Assembly: GCA_963664395.2 (NCBI GenBank)
Contig: OY761159.2
Span: forward strand, 1,568,001 to 1,632,000
Direction of reading: 5' to 3'
Source of the DNA: Candidatus Binatia bacterium
GTDB lineage: Bacteria > Desulfobacterota > Binatia > Bin18
DNA length: 64,000 nt
The position numbers and the translations under genes are program-made. Of this stretch, positions 29,571-40,123 are shown in pieces. Position 1 is the stretch's first letter, and every line of letters begins with the position of its first letter. The notes beneath the pieces are model-generated. The model made no database searches and had not been told where the DNA came from. It was given only the letters and a program-made list of their open reading frames with translations.

Positions 29571-31244
29571 TCAGAACATGCCCGAAATTTTGCCGTTCTC
29601 GTCCATCCGCATCCCGGCTGCCGCAGGTTTTGCGCCCAGGCCGGGCATGGTGAGCATGTCTCCGGTAAGCGGGACGCAGAAGCCGGCCCCGGCTGAGAGA
29701 CGAATTTCACGCACGCTCAGCACAAAGTCGCGTGGCCGGCCGTAGCGTTTTGGATCGTCGGACAGAGACATCTGCGTCTTGGCCATACAAATGGGCACAT
29801 GACCATAGCCCAGATCGTTAATGCGCTTGAGATCGTTGCGAGCGCGTTGCAGCAAAGTAATATCCGCCGCGCCGTAGACTTGTTGGGCAATGGTACGAAT
29901 CTTGTCTTCAATCGGCATTTCTGACGGGTACAGAAAACGCTGAACTGGAGCTGGTCCGTCGCAGGCTTGCACCACCGCTTCGGCCAACGCTGCCCCCCCT
30001 TCTCCCCCCTGGTCGAACACATCAATGACCGTTGCTTCTACGCCCAGGGCTTTACTTTCTTCTACGACCAACTGAAGCTCCTCTTCGGTATCGGTCGCAA
30101 ACCGATTCACCGCAACAATCGGCCGGAAGCCAAATGCGCCCAGACTCTCGACGTGTTTGGCCAGGTTCTCCATACCCTGCTTCAAGGTTGACAGGTCAGG
30201 CCTGTTCACATCTGCCACCGGCGTCCCGCCGTGCATTTTGAGCGCCTTGACCGTTGCGACCAGGACCACCGCGGCGGGCCACAGGTCAGCCTCACGGCAT
30301 TTGATATTGAGGAATTTCTCTCCACCCAGATCAAACCCGAAGCCGGCTTCGGTCACCACATAATCGGCATAGCTCAGGGCGAGTCGCGTGGCGAGGATAC
30401 TGTTACAGCCATGGGCGATATTGCCAAATGGCCCAGCGTGGATGAAGGCCGGCACGCCTTCCACGGTCTGGACCAGGTTGGGCTTGAGGGCGTCTTTCAA
30501 AATAATGGCCATCGCCTCCGGCGCCTGAATCCGGTCCGCGGTGACAGCCTCCCCCTGGGACGAATAGCCCAGCACAATACGCGACAGACGCTGAATAAGA
30601 TCCGTGGGCCCACTCGTCAGAGCCAGAATAGCCATGACTTCCGATGCAGCGGTAATATCAAAGCCTTCTTCGCGCGGGATGCCCATGAGCCGCCCGCCGA
30701 GGCCCATCACAATCTGGCGCAACGCGCGGTCATTCATGTCCATGACGCGCCGCCAGCGAATCTGACGCACATCCAAATCCACCGTGCGGTGAAACATGGC
30801 GGCATCCAGCATGGCCGACAGCAGATTGTGCGCAGAGCTGACGGCGTGAATGTCGCCGGTGAAATGCAGGTTAATATCCTCCATGGGCAGCACTTGTGAG
30901 CGACCCCCTCCACAGCCTCCACCTTTCACCCCAAACACCGGCCCCATTGAGGGTTCACGCACCGCCACTGCCACTTTTTTACCAAGGCGGGTCAGCGCTT
31001 GGCCCAGTCCAATCGTCGTGGTTGTCTTGCCTTCGCCGGCCGGGGTGGGGTTAATGGCAGAAACAAGAATCAGCTTGGCCTGGGTCTGAGCAGGTGCAGA
31101 AGAGAGCGCCTCAAGCGCAATTTTCGCCTTCACGCGACCATAGGGCTCAAGGTGTTCCGGCGCTAACGATAGCTGAGCGGCAATCTCTTCGATCGGCTTC
31201 AAGCGAACGGACTGGGCAACGGCAAGGTTTTGGTCTCGGCTCAT
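29571..31244 (-). CDS. fhs: Formate--tetrahydrofolate ligase
   Basis: AINPTPAGEGKTT, NLHFTGDIHA, HAGPFGNIAHG, ICMAKTQ, TMPGL. Confidence 0.97.
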   Translation of the reverse strand: MSRDQNLAVAQSVRLKPIEEIAAQLSLAPEHLEPYGRVKAKIALEALSSAPAQTQAKLILVSAINPTPAGEGKTTTTIGLGQALTRLGKKVAVAVREPSMGPVFGVKGGGCGGGRSQVLPMEDINLHFTGDIHAVSSAHNLLSAMLDAAMFHRTVDLDVRQIRWRRVMDMNDRALRQIVMGLGGRLMGIPREEGFDITAASEVMAILALTSGPTDLIQRLSRIVLGYSSQGEAVTADRIQAPEAMAIILKDALKPNLVQTVEGVPAFIHAGPFGNIAHGCNSILATRLALSYADYVVTEAGFGFDLGGEKFLNIKCREADLWPAAVVLVATVKALKMHGGTPVADVNRPDLSTLKQGMENLAKHVESLGAFGFRPIVAVNRFATDTEEELQLVVEESKALGVEATVIDVFDQGGEGGAALAEAVVQACDGPAPVQRFLYPSEMPIEDKIRTIAQQVYGAADITLLQRARNDLKRINDLGYGHVPICMAKTQMSLSDDPKRYGRPRDFVLSVREIRLSAGAGFCVPLTGDMLTMPGLGAKPAAAGMRMDENGKISGMF

Positions 31245-31401
31245 TCGTACGATTTCCTTTCCCCGTAGCAGGTTTGAAACCTGCCCCTCCGGGAGATGCA
31301 ATCTTATACAAAATCAATGCATTCGCCTATCACAAACGGCTGGGGCAGCTCCTGACCATCGGGACCCATCATGCTATGGATACCACAGCGAAGGAGTTGG
31401 C

Positions 31402-32427
31402 ATGGCAGAAGACTCAGCCTCTGGTCGTCGTTTACTGAATTTCGCACTCAGCCTGGTGGTGAGTGGGGGCTTTCTGTATCTCGCGTTTCGCAACGTGCAG
31501 CTTGACGAATTGGGAGCAGCACTCGGACGGGTGAATGGCGGCTGGCTGTGTATTGCCGTCGTCGTCAGTCTGTTCATCATGGTGTTGCGCGCCTGGCGCT
31601 GGCAACTTGAACTCCGCCCGCTCGAACATGTTCCGGTTGGCCGTCTGTGGGTCGTGACCTCGGTCGCCTATATGGCCATCAATCTGCTTCCGGTGCGTCT
31701 GGGCGAAGTCGTCCGCCCCTGGCTCTTAGCCCGTCGCTCTCAGGTGTCAATCTCAAACGTCATCGGCAATCTGGTTGTAGAGAAGATGATGGATTCGATT
31801 TGCATCGTCTTGTATCTGCTGGCCGGCCTGCTGCTGATTGAAAGCCTGCCGGTGTGGGTCCGCCGCGGCGCTCTTATCCCGGCCGTGATTGCCGGAGTTT
31901 TCGTGGCTTTGGTCCTGCTGTTGTGGTGGAAAGGTGAGTCGTTTGTTGATCGCTGGGCGCTCCGCGTTCTCCCGGAGCGCTTGGGCGGTCGGGTGAAAAG
32001 CGTTCTGGCTGCAATCACCGATGGGATGCGGATTCTTCCCAATCCCGGCCTGCTCCTGGCCGTCTTTCTGGTGTCTCTGATGTTATGGTTCCTGCCTATT
32101 TTGTCGAGCTACATCATGATCCGCGCCTTTGACCTGTCGGCTCCTTTCAGCGCGGCCTTGGTCATTTTTATTTTTATCAGCTTTGGAACGGCGCTGCCCA
32201 ATCTGCCGGGCATGATCGGGCCGTATCAGTACGCGTGTCAGCTCGCACTTGGAATCTATGGGGTCAGTGAGGTGGACGGCCTGGCCTACGGCTTAGTCCT
32301 CAACACCGTCCAGTTTCTGACCCTCATTGGTCAAGGGTTGATCGCCCTGCCCATTGCCGGGGTGAGTTTTTCTGATATTCGCCAGGCGGGCGCTCAGCTG
32401 GCAAGGGAGAAAGCGGACGCGGGGTAG
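31402..32427 (+). CDS. Lysylphosphatidylglycerol synthase TM domain / UPF0104 flippase-like protein
   Basis: RAWRW, NLLPVRLGEVVR, PGMIGPY; multiple TM helices. Confidence 0.85.
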   Translation: MAEDSASGRRLLNFALSLVVSGGFLYLAFRNVQLDELGAALGRVNGGWLCIAVVVSLFIMVLRAWRWQLELRPLEHVPVGRLWVVTSVAYMAINLLPVRLGEVVRPWLLARRSQVSISNVIGNLVVEKMMDSICIVLYLLAGLLLIESLPVWVRRGALIPAVIAGVFVALVLLLWWKGESFVDRWALRVLPERLGGRVKSVLAAITDGMRILPNPGLLLAVFLVSLMLWFLPILSSYIMIRAFDLSAPFSAALVIFIFISFGTALPNLPGMIGPYQYACQLALGIYGVSEVDGLAYGLVLNTVQFLTLIGQGLIALPIAGVSFSDIRQAGAQLAREKADAG

Positions 32428-32464
32428 CGCACCAATTCTCTCCTCGCCCGGTGACAGTACGCCG

Positions 32465-33823
32465 TCAGAGCCAAATTTTCCCTGGATTAAGAATCCCGCC
32501 TGGATCAAAGACGTGCTTAATACCCTTCATCAGCTCAAGCGCAGCACCGTGTTCTTGCGCCACATATTTCTGGCTGCCGAGACCAATGCCGTGCTCGCCT
32601 GAAGCTGTTCCTCCAAGAGACAGGACAAGGGCGACCATCTCATCCTTGGCGTGGTTGGCGATTGTCCAGCGGTGTTCGTCTGCCGGGTCCTCACGCAAGA
32701 GGGCGTGCAGAATGCCAAGCCCGGCGTGGCCAAAGGTATGCAGGACAACGCCGTGCCGTGCGGCAATCGCATAACTCTTTTCGATGACTTCAGGCAGACA
32801 CGAGATGGGGAAACCCATATCAGTCCGAATCGTTTTGGCGCGCGGATTGAGAGCCTGAATCGCGCGGGTTGTAAAATGGCGAATCTCCCACGGGTTGCGT
32901 CCTCCGGGCAGGAGTATCTGCTTGCCCTGGTTTTCTTCACACAGGCTGTGCGTCGTACCGAAAACTTCTTCAACCACACTCTCGGAACCGTGGACTTCAA
33001 CAAACAACGAGGGCAGCTCGGTGAGACCAAAATCCCGAAAGCGATTCAGGGCGGCGATGGAACGTTGGTCAAGAAACTCGACCGCGGCAAGATCAACCCC
33101 ATAGCGCAGCATGGACGCGATAGCGGTCACCGCTGCTTTTTCAGAAGGAAAGGTAAAAGCGCCTTGTTTCCGCCCCTGCGGCAGACCAACCAGAGAGAGC
33201 GTCAGTTCGGTCGCAATCCCCAACGTCCCTTCGGAACCAACCAGCAGCCCCAGCAGATGGTAGCCCGAAGACGTTTTACGGCTGCGCGTCCCAAGTTCAA
33301 GGACTGCGCCGGTGCCGGTCACCACGGTAGCGGCCTTGACGTGGGCGCGGGTCCCTCCGTATTTGACCGAGTAGATGCCACTGGCGTTGTTCGCCACCAT
33401 CCCACCAATTGTTGCAACATCAGAACTGCCACCGGGCGACGGAGGGAAAAACAGGCCGTGTGCTTTGAGTTGGTCATTCAGAGCATTGTAGACAATGCCG
33501 GGCTGAACCGTGACCTGAAGATCCTCGGCGTGCACGCTCACAAGGCGGTCCATACGGGAAAGGTCCAAAACGATTCCGCCTCGGACCGGAATAGGATTGC
33601 CCTCTAAACTTGACCCCGCTCCCCGTGCGGTCAGCGCCACATCCTGCGCATAGGCATAGCGCACGACCACCTGAACGTCTTCAGTCGTCTCCGGCCAGAC
33701 AACCACCTCGGGTAACGTGGGCGGACAGGCTGACTCATCGTGCGAGGCGCGTTCCAGGTCGGCGGGCTGGGTTGAGACCTGCCCTGGGGAAAGCAGCGCT
33801 GTCAGATCCTGTGTCAAAGACAT
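32465..33823 (-). CDS. FAD-linked oxidase (GlcD / D-lactate dehydrogenase family)
   Basis: RGAGSSLEG, ATIGGMVANNASG, GSEGTLGI, GEHGIG, DPGGILNPGK; start uncertain (33823 or 33871). Confidence 0.92.
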   Translation of the reverse strand: MSLTQDLTALLSPGQVSTQPADLERASHDESACPPTLPEVVVWPETTEDVQVVVRYAYAQDVALTARGAGSSLEGNPIPVRGGIVLDLSRMDRLVSVHAEDLQVTVQPGIVYNALNDQLKAHGLFFPPSPGGSSDVATIGGMVANNASGIYSVKYGGTRAHVKAATVVTGTGAVLELGTRSRKTSSGYHLLGLLVGSEGTLGIATELTLSLVGLPQGRKQGAFTFPSEKAAVTAIASMLRYGVDLAAVEFLDQRSIAALNRFRDFGLTELPSLFVEVHGSESVVEEVFGTTHSLCEENQGKQILLPGGRNPWEIRHFTTRAIQALNPRAKTIRTDMGFPISCLPEVIEKSYAIAARHGVVLHTFGHAGLGILHALLREDPADEHRWTIANHAKDEMVALVLSLGGTASGEHGIGLGSQKYVAQEHGAALELMKGIKHVFDPGGILNPGKIWL

Positions 33824-33827
33824 AGGG

Positions 33828-35699
33828 CTACCCAAATTGACCGTTGGCAGCAGAGAGAGGGAGAGGTCCATCGTTCCGACGTTTGGGCCGCATGTTCCGG
33901 GCTAAGATCTTCTTGCGCAAGCGGATGGACTGCGGCGTCACTTCAACCAATTCATCAGCGCTAATCCATTCCAGGGCATCCTCTAAATCCATCGCTTTAT
34001 ACGGGACAAGGCGAACTGCCTCATCTCGACCGGACGCTCGGACATTAGTCAGCTTCTTCTCTCGACTCACATTCACATCGAGATCTTTATCGCGCGAATT
34101 TTCCCCGACCACCATGCCCTCATACACCCGAGTGCCGGCCGGAATAAAGAATACCCCGCGCTCCTGCAAATGAAAAAGCGAATACGGGGTCGCCGGCCCT
34201 TCACGGTCTGCGACCAGGGCTCCGTTAATGCGGTTCTGGATCGACCCGTGCCAGGGGGCATACCCGTTGAATAGGGTGTTCATAATGCCCGTGCCGCGCG
34301 TATCCGTCAGAAAACGCGAACGAAAGCCAATCAAACCGCGTGACGGAACAGAGAACTCCATACATACCCGGCCTGACTCCGGTGGAGCCATGTTTGTCAT
34401 GATCCCTTTACGCTGGGCCATGAGGTGAGAGACCTGGCCTACATAGTCTTCTTGGACGTCGATGAGTGAGAGCTCCATCGGCTCCTGGAGTTGGCCTTCA
34501 ATTTCTTTCACGATGACAGTCGGCTTGGACACCTGGAGCTCATAGCCTTCCCGACGCATGGTCTCAATCACGACCGAGAGCTGGAGTTCGCCCCGTCCCA
34601 GCACCCGAAAGGTATCAGGAGAATCGGTCTCTTCCACGTGCAGGCTCACGTTTTTATGCACCTCGGCGAAGAGCCGTTCGCGGATTCTGCGCGACGTCAT
34701 ATATTGCCCTTCCCGTCCCGCCCAGGGGCTAGTGTTCACCCCAAAGATCATAGCCAGAGTCGGATCATCAATCTGAATCGTGGGCAGGGCCACCGGATGT
34801 GCACTATCAGAGATCGTCTCTCCGATCTGAATCTCTTCAATACCGGCAACCGCGACAATGTCGCCGGCCTGCGCGGACGCTATCTCGTGCCGTTTGAGAC
34901 CCTGCCAACTATACAGCCGGGCGATTTTACACGGCACGAGGGAGCCGTCATCACGACACAGCGTATAGGCTTCCGTGCTCCGGAGCTCACCTTGGATAAT
35001 GCGACCGATAGCAATCCGGCCAACATAATCGTTATAGTCCAGATTATTCACGTGGAACTGAACGGGCCCGTCCACAGCATGGAACGGGCCCGGCAGGGCA
35101 GAGATAATCAGGTCAAAGAGCGGCTGAAGATTCTGCCCCTCTTCGGCCAGGTCGCGTTTGGCAATACCGGCCCGGGCGTTGGTGTACACCACGGGAAACG
35201 CAAGCTGCTCGTCTGAGGCATCCAGATCAATGAAGAGGTCGTAGACTTCATCCAGCACTGTGGCGACCCGCGCGTCCGGGCGGTCAATCTTGTTAATACA
35301 GACAATCGATGGCAGCCCGGCTTCCAGCGCTTTCTTCAGTACAAAGCGCGTTTGGGGCAGCGGACCTTCCGAGGCGTCGACCAAGAGCATCACGCTGTCA
35401 ACTATAGCCAGCGAGCGCTCAACCTCTCCGCCAAAATCCGCGTGACCCGGCGTATCGACAAAATTAATTTTCACGCCTTGATACGAGAGCGCGGCATTCT
35501 TGGCCAAGATGGTAATGCCGCGTTCGCGCTCCAGCACAAACGAGTCCATCACCCGCTCTGCTACCTGTTCATTGTCCCGAAAAGTGCCGCTCTGTTTGAG
35601 CAGGGCGTCAATCAGGGTGGTTTTGCCATGATCGACATGGGCGATAATGGCGACGTTTCGAATATCATCACGCCGGGGCGTGCCGTTGTGCAAAATCAT
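33828..35699 (-). CDS. typA: Translational GTPase TypA/BipA
   Basis: [39 protein letters not shown]...MRREG. Confidence 0.97.
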   Translation of the reverse strand: MILHNGTPRRDDIRNVAIIAHVDHGKTTLIDALLKQSGTFRDNEQVAERVMDSFVLERERGITILAKNAALSYQGVKINFVDTPGHADFGGEVERSLAIVDSVMLLVDASEGPLPQTRFVLKKALEAGLPSIVCINKIDRPDARVATVLDEVYDLFIDLDASDEQLAFPVVYTNARAGIAKRDLAEEGQNLQPLFDLIISALPGPFHAVDGPVQFHVNNLDYNDYVGRIAIGRIIQGELRSTEAYTLCRDDGSLVPCKIARLYSWQGLKRHEIASAQAGDIVAVAGIEEIQIGETISDSAHPVALPTIQIDDPTLAMIFGVNTSPWAGREGQYMTSRRIRERLFAEVHKNVSLHVEETDSPDTFRVLGRGELQLSVVIETMRREGYELQVSKPTVIVKEIEGQLQEPMELSLIDVQEDYVGQVSHLMAQRKGIMTNMAPPESGRVCMEFSVPSRGLIGFRSRFLTDTRGTGIMNTLFNGYAPWHGSIQNRINGALVADREGPATPYSLFHLQERGVFFIPAGTRVYEGMVVGENSRDKDLDVNVSREKKLTNVRASGRDEAVRLVPYKAMDLEDALEWISADELVEVTPQSIRLRKKILARNMRPKRRNDGPLPLSAANGQFG

Positions 35700-35846
35700 A
35701 TCCTCCCTACACGTTTACTTTTTCTCTCACCAAAAGTTTAAAATCTATACCGAGAATGTTCCCAGACCGTGGGCAATATCTCGGTTACGAGCTAGTTCCA
35801 GACTTCGGGCGGCCCGCTATCGGAAAGCCGTAGCGGGTCAACCCGC

Positions 35847-36248
35847 TCACTCCCGTGCATCCAGCCGGCGTAACTGGCCGGCCCAGCCGAGAATCCGCCG
35901 GTCGGCAGTCACCAGTTGATGACCGCCCAGCAGTGCGGTCGCCACGATCAGACGGTCGGCAGGGTCGCCAGGCAGGCTCGCGAGCCCGGCGGCATGGGTA
36001 CCTATTTCGCCATCCACGGTAATCTCGACCAGACCGTCGTCCAGAAGAGTGCGACGCCACGCACCAATGTCCTGCAGCAAGGTCAACCTGCCCTTATCGT
36101 GTAGCATAGCGACTTCCCAGAAAGAGATCGCGGAGACCGCGACAGCTTGTGCTGTCCAGGACGGCTCCACCGCTTCACGAGTCCGCCGTCCGAGCCTCCG
36201 GTCACCAATGCGCAGCCAGAGCAGAACGTGGGTGTCCAGCAGGATCAC
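35847..36248 (-). CDS. vapC: VapC/PIN toxin
   Basis: LLDTHVLLW, SAISFWEV, DPADRLIVATA, LVTAD; GTGA overlap with antitoxin stop. Confidence 0.92.
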   Translation of the reverse strand: MILLDTHVLLWLRIGDRRLGRRTREAVEPSWTAQAVAVSAISFWEVAMLHDKGRLTLLQDIGAWRRTLLDDGLVEITVDGEIGTHAAGLASLPGDPADRLIVATALLGGHQLVTADRRILGWAGQLRRLDARE

Positions 36249-36526
36249 AGCCGTCCGCCCTGGTTCGTACCAGCCATTACCTCCCATTCCACATCAACCG
36301 GTTCCATGATGTCGCCGTGTATCTGAAGGACATCCCGATCCCGGCCAAAAGGCGTCTTCGGGGTCGGGAGGTAGGGCGCTAGCCGCGAGATCGGACGGCC
36401 GTTCTTGGTGATGATGATCTCGGCGCCGCCCTCTGCGACTTCGTCCATGAGCTTGAGACATTTGGCCTTGAACTCCGACGCTTTCATGGTCCGCGGGCTC
36501 CGCACTCTATCGGATCTCTCTTTCAT
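36245..36526 (-). CDS. Phd/YefM family antitoxin
   Basis: KASEFKAKCLKLMDEV...IIITKNGRP. Confidence 0.92.
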   Translation of the reverse strand: MKERSDRVRSPRTMKASEFKAKCLKLMDEVAEGGAEIIITKNGRPISRLAPYLPTPKTPFGRDRDVLQIHGDIMEPVDVEWEVMAGTNQGGRL

Positions 36527-36573
36527 TGGACGTCTTCTCTCGTGGCGATTTGTCTGATCGCATATATGGCTAC

Positions 36574-36606
36574 AGTTATACGGCTATAACTATGGTCATG
36601 ACCATA
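36574..36606. promoter_or_regulatory. Two abutting palindromes, probable antitoxin operators
   Basis: agttata-cggc-tataact (36574-36591) and perfect 16-bp tatggtcatgaccata (36591-36606) upstream of phd. Confidence 0.6.
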
Positions 36607-36699
36607 TAATGCCGTGCGGCCCACCGCAACGCGGCCCGCACCTTAAACATTTTGCACCCACGATACTCCGCCCTCTGTACGCAGGCTCTTCTCGCTACT

Positions 36700-38270
36700 T
36701 TACGGGAAGCGTACAAAGCTGAAGCGGCTTTTCTTCAGATCAGCCAAGAATGGCTGATCCTCACTTCTGAGCGTTTTCTCTATCCACACCTGATAGATCA
36801 AAAGCCAAAGGCGGTCTTTTTCTCGGGGGTCCGCGCCTCTGAGCTTTTTCGACCGCTCTCGGATTACGTTTTGAATACTTTTGATTCCGTGTCGTTTTGC
36901 ATACTCTCGTAGCAACACCATCGAAACGCAGTCATCGATTTCGATAATCTTTTTGGTGATCTCCTTTTCGAGCTTGTCCTCCGACATGTTGAATTGGAGG
37001 CCATATTTGAGCGAGTAGTACAGCGCGTGGGCGATGGCATCCGGGTAAATCCTCTGAATCCCAATCGCGAGGAGTTCATCAGCGAACTCACGCATAACTT
37101 TCTCCATTCCATCATAGCGATGTTTGTCGAAAACATGCTCGTCCAGGAGTGGAGCAAGATACGGATATAGCAATGCCAAGTTGACAACGTGTTGAACAAA
37201 AAGTCGCTTCGCTCGACGGTTGAGACGCTTAGGAATCATCTTGATAGCATAGTTCAAAACGGCATAGGTCTCCGCTCCGTGCGATAGCTTCAACGCTAAA
37301 TCTAGTAATGCTTGAACCGGCCCAAAGCTGATTTTTCCTTTGCCCGGAAATCGGAAACTGTTTAATGCTTGAACCCAATCCTCTTCCAGCGGCACAGGCA
37401 TGGGCAGAATGTCAGTCTTGCGTTCGTTCAGTGTAAGCTCGTACTCGCGTAACTGTATCGCAAGGTCATGGATGAAGTTCTCAGCTTCGTTGTGGGTTTT
37501 GGCGTAGAAAGTGTAGTCGTCGATATTACGACTAAACCCTTCGTATCCCTTCTGGAGCATCTTATGATCAATTTGGGTCAGTATTATCTCGGAAATAACA
37601 TTGGATGTGTGCGGCCCGATCAGGAGCCCGTTTGTCTGCCCGTCTCGGGTATTCTGAGTGGCTTTATCCAAAAGATTTCCCAACAACGAGAGGCGGTAGT
37701 TCTTTTTTGACTTGCTACGCCCATGCAGTGCCCATGGGATCGAGTGGGTGTAGATGCTGGGAAAGTATTTCGAGATGTCGGTACGGACGACATAGTGCGC
37801 ACCTGTCATCATATGAATATCTACCTCTTCGTTCTCGAAGCGTTCCTTTCCTTTGTAATTCATATGGAAAATACGCTTGCTCGAAGTTTTGCGAGCAAAG
37901 ATGCGGCTCACGGGCGTCTTCGGTTTCGCGCAGTGACTTTTTATTTTCGCCCAATGTCGCTTCAGGGCTAAGCACTGGACAATGTGGCTTTTAGGGTGGG
38001 GAACCCCATCTGACGAGGGATGTTAACATCACGCAGTGCTTCATAGCGGATGAAATCGTGTCTTGTTTTAAGAAGATTTTTCAACCTATTTTCATTGTTT
38101 TCCGTGATTAGCTCTAGAAGATTTTCCGGTATGAGTTTGGAAAGTCCTTCGGAGGTAAAACAGGGTGGAAGCTTTTCACCGAATAGACCGTAGTCAACCA
38201 AGCCTACGAACGCCTCGTCCGCCGAAAGACCGCGCCCTGTTGTTTGTCGCATGGACGTAAGCTCACTCAT
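36700..38270 (-). pseudogene. Abi/DRT-type defence reverse transcriptase (AbiK/DRT4-like), split by a single-base frameshift near 38004-38007
   Basis: N-half GLFGEKLPPCFTS...RDVNIPRQMG; C-half DISKYFPSIYTHSIPWA, GQTNGLLIGP, RNIDDY, LTLNERKT, helical C-terminus; adding one G to the GGGG run joins the two halves in frame. Confidence 0.85.
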
Positions 38271-38353
38271 GGCGTCGCAGTGTTCACCGGAGTAGGTCCT
38301 CTTTACCTCGGCATGGTGTTTGCCAGATGGAGGGTTACAGGCGGGCCTTCCGT

Positions 38354-38758
38354 TTACGAGCGAGACGGCGCGATAATGTCGCACCGAGGGCCGCTGGCAC
38401 GGCTGAGCCGGCGGTCCAGCGTCATCAGCGGGCAGTCGAGCGCCTCGGCGAGGGCTACATACCAGGCGTCGTAGCTGGTCAGGTTGGCCCGTAATGCCCA
38501 GACGCGCTCGGCAAACGGCGCGAAGGGGAAATATAACTCAAGGGCAAGCCGCAGCAAGTCTCTGTGTGCGCTCGTCGCCTCAAGACGCGATATTTCGCCG
38601 GCGTGCTCCAGGCGGCGCAGAATATTGCTGGCCTCAACCAAGGCCAACTCCGGCCCGGCCAAGGAACCTTCGGCAAGGGCCGCCTCCGCCCATTGCCCGG
38701 CCTGCCCCGCATCGACCAAGGCCGCGACAAGCACGGACGCATCAACGACTCTCGTCAT
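38354..38758 (-). CDS. vapC: VapC/PIN toxin
   Basis: VVDASVLV, NLTSYDAWYVALAEAL, LMTLD. Confidence 0.92.
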   Translation of the reverse strand: MTRVVDASVLVAALVDAGQAGQWAEAALAEGSLAGPELALVEASNILRRLEHAGEISRLEATSAHRDLLRLALELYFPFAPFAERVWALRANLTSYDAWYVALAEALDCPLMTLDRRLSRASGPRCDIIAPSRS

Positions 38759-38991
38759 GTTCGGTCCGCATCACGGGCGTGCAGAATACTGGCCGGTCGG
38801 ACACGAGTTCCTGCGGCGTCCTTGCGGTCGCGCACCCCCTGTAACCATTCGTCAACAGTGGGCCGGGACGCAATGCGCTCTAGCTCTCCGCGCAGGAATT
38901 CCTGCATGGACTGGTGCTGCTGTGCGGCACGCGCCGCAAGTATGTCGCGCACGGTCTCGGGGACGCCTCGTATCGTAATTTGGACTGGCAT
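38755..38991 (-). CDS. FitA-like ribbon-helix-helix antitoxin
   Basis: QITIRGVPETVRDILAARAA...SMQEFLR; ATGA overlap with toxin. Confidence 0.88.
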   Translation of the reverse strand: MPVQITIRGVPETVRDILAARAAQQHQSMQEFLRGELERIASRPTVDEWLQGVRDRKDAAGTRVRPASILHARDADRT

Positions 38992-39040
38992 GACAGCATT
39001 ACACCATCGTTGACAGCAGACTGCAATCGACCCCTTCTCC

Positions 39041-39814
39041 CTACACCATGTACTTCACCATCCCGCCGTCAATGTCATAGGCCGCACCCGTAATAAAACT
39101 CGCCCGCTCTGATGCCAGGAAGGTCACCAAGCTGGCAATCTCTTCGGGGCGGCCGAAACGACCCAGCGGGATATTCGCCTGCGCAAACCCTTCGATCATG
39201 CCATCCGGGTCTTCAGGGTTAATCATCTTTGCAGCGTTCTCCCACAACGGAGTACGAACCGGCCCCGGACACACGGCATTGACCAAGACGTTGTCTTTGG
39301 CGAGTTCATCGGCCAATGTCTTGGTTAGACTAATCACCGCCGCCTTGGTCGCGTTATAATCAATCATACCACCACCCGGTTGCTTCCCGAAAATCGAAGA
39401 GATGTTGATAATCCGACCCCAGCGCTGCTCACGCATGCGCGGCAGGGCGAGGCGGGAACAGCGCAGCACACTAAAAAGATTCGCGTCAATATTTTCCTGC
39501 CAGGCTTTATCAGGCAGATCGAGCAATTGACTTAAATGCATCCCACCGGCGTTATTGACAAGAATATCGAGCCGGCCGAACCGCTCGCCTGTTTGGGCAA
39601 AGAGTTTTTCGATGTCCGCTACTTGGGTCATATCGGCCTGTATCGCCAGCACCCCAGAGCCCAGCTCACGCGCTGTTTGGTCGAGCTGCTCCCGGTTGCG
39701 GGCACACAGCGCAACGTGCACCCCTTCTTGGACAAAACTCTCCGCAATTGCGCGGCCAATGCCATAACTTGCGCCGGTGATGATTGCCACACGGTCCTGT
39801 AAACCAAAATCCAT
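39041..39814 (-). CDS. SDR family oxidoreductase
   Basis: TGASYGIG, NNAG, YNATK; GAGGAGG RBS. Confidence 0.95.
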   Translation of the reverse strand: MDFGLQDRVAIITGASYGIGRAIAESFVQEGVHVALCARNREQLDQTARELGSGVLAIQADMTQVADIEKLFAQTGERFGRLDILVNNAGGMHLSQLLDLPDKAWQENIDANLFSVLRCSRLALPRMREQRWGRIINISSIFGKQPGGGMIDYNATKAAVISLTKTLADELAKDNVLVNAVCPGPVRTPLWENAAKMINPEDPDGMIEGFAQANIPLGRFGRPEEIASLVTFLASERASFITGAAYDIDGGMVKYMV

Positions 39815-40123
39815 ACGTTCCTCCTCACAGTGCCATATGCGAGATTGCCTGCGTTGGTTGTGCGCGCCTATTTTCCTGGCATTCAAGAGACTGTCAAGAG
39901 AGGAAAAATGAAAATCGGTCCAGTGATGTTTTGGCGGGCTGCTCTCAAAAGAAAGCCCATCCTCATACCATACCCGTATGCAAGAACCAATACCCAGCGG
40001 TTAGTGGCGGAACCGACCTCTCCATCGTCCGCAGCACGGCGGCGTTGCGCGTCACGCCCAGGAAGCGCAAGATGTATCCGAACTCGTTGAGGGGCAAGGA
40101 AGTGCGCCGGCTGGAATGCCGGC

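Noticed and set aside
36527-38353. Retron msr-msd or DRT ncRNA/repeat array next to the RT
   Set aside because: The flanks are short (~85-175 nt), no a1/a2 inverted repeats or tandem array are visible, and there is no VTG retron motif. The palindromes at 36574-36606 fit TA operators better.
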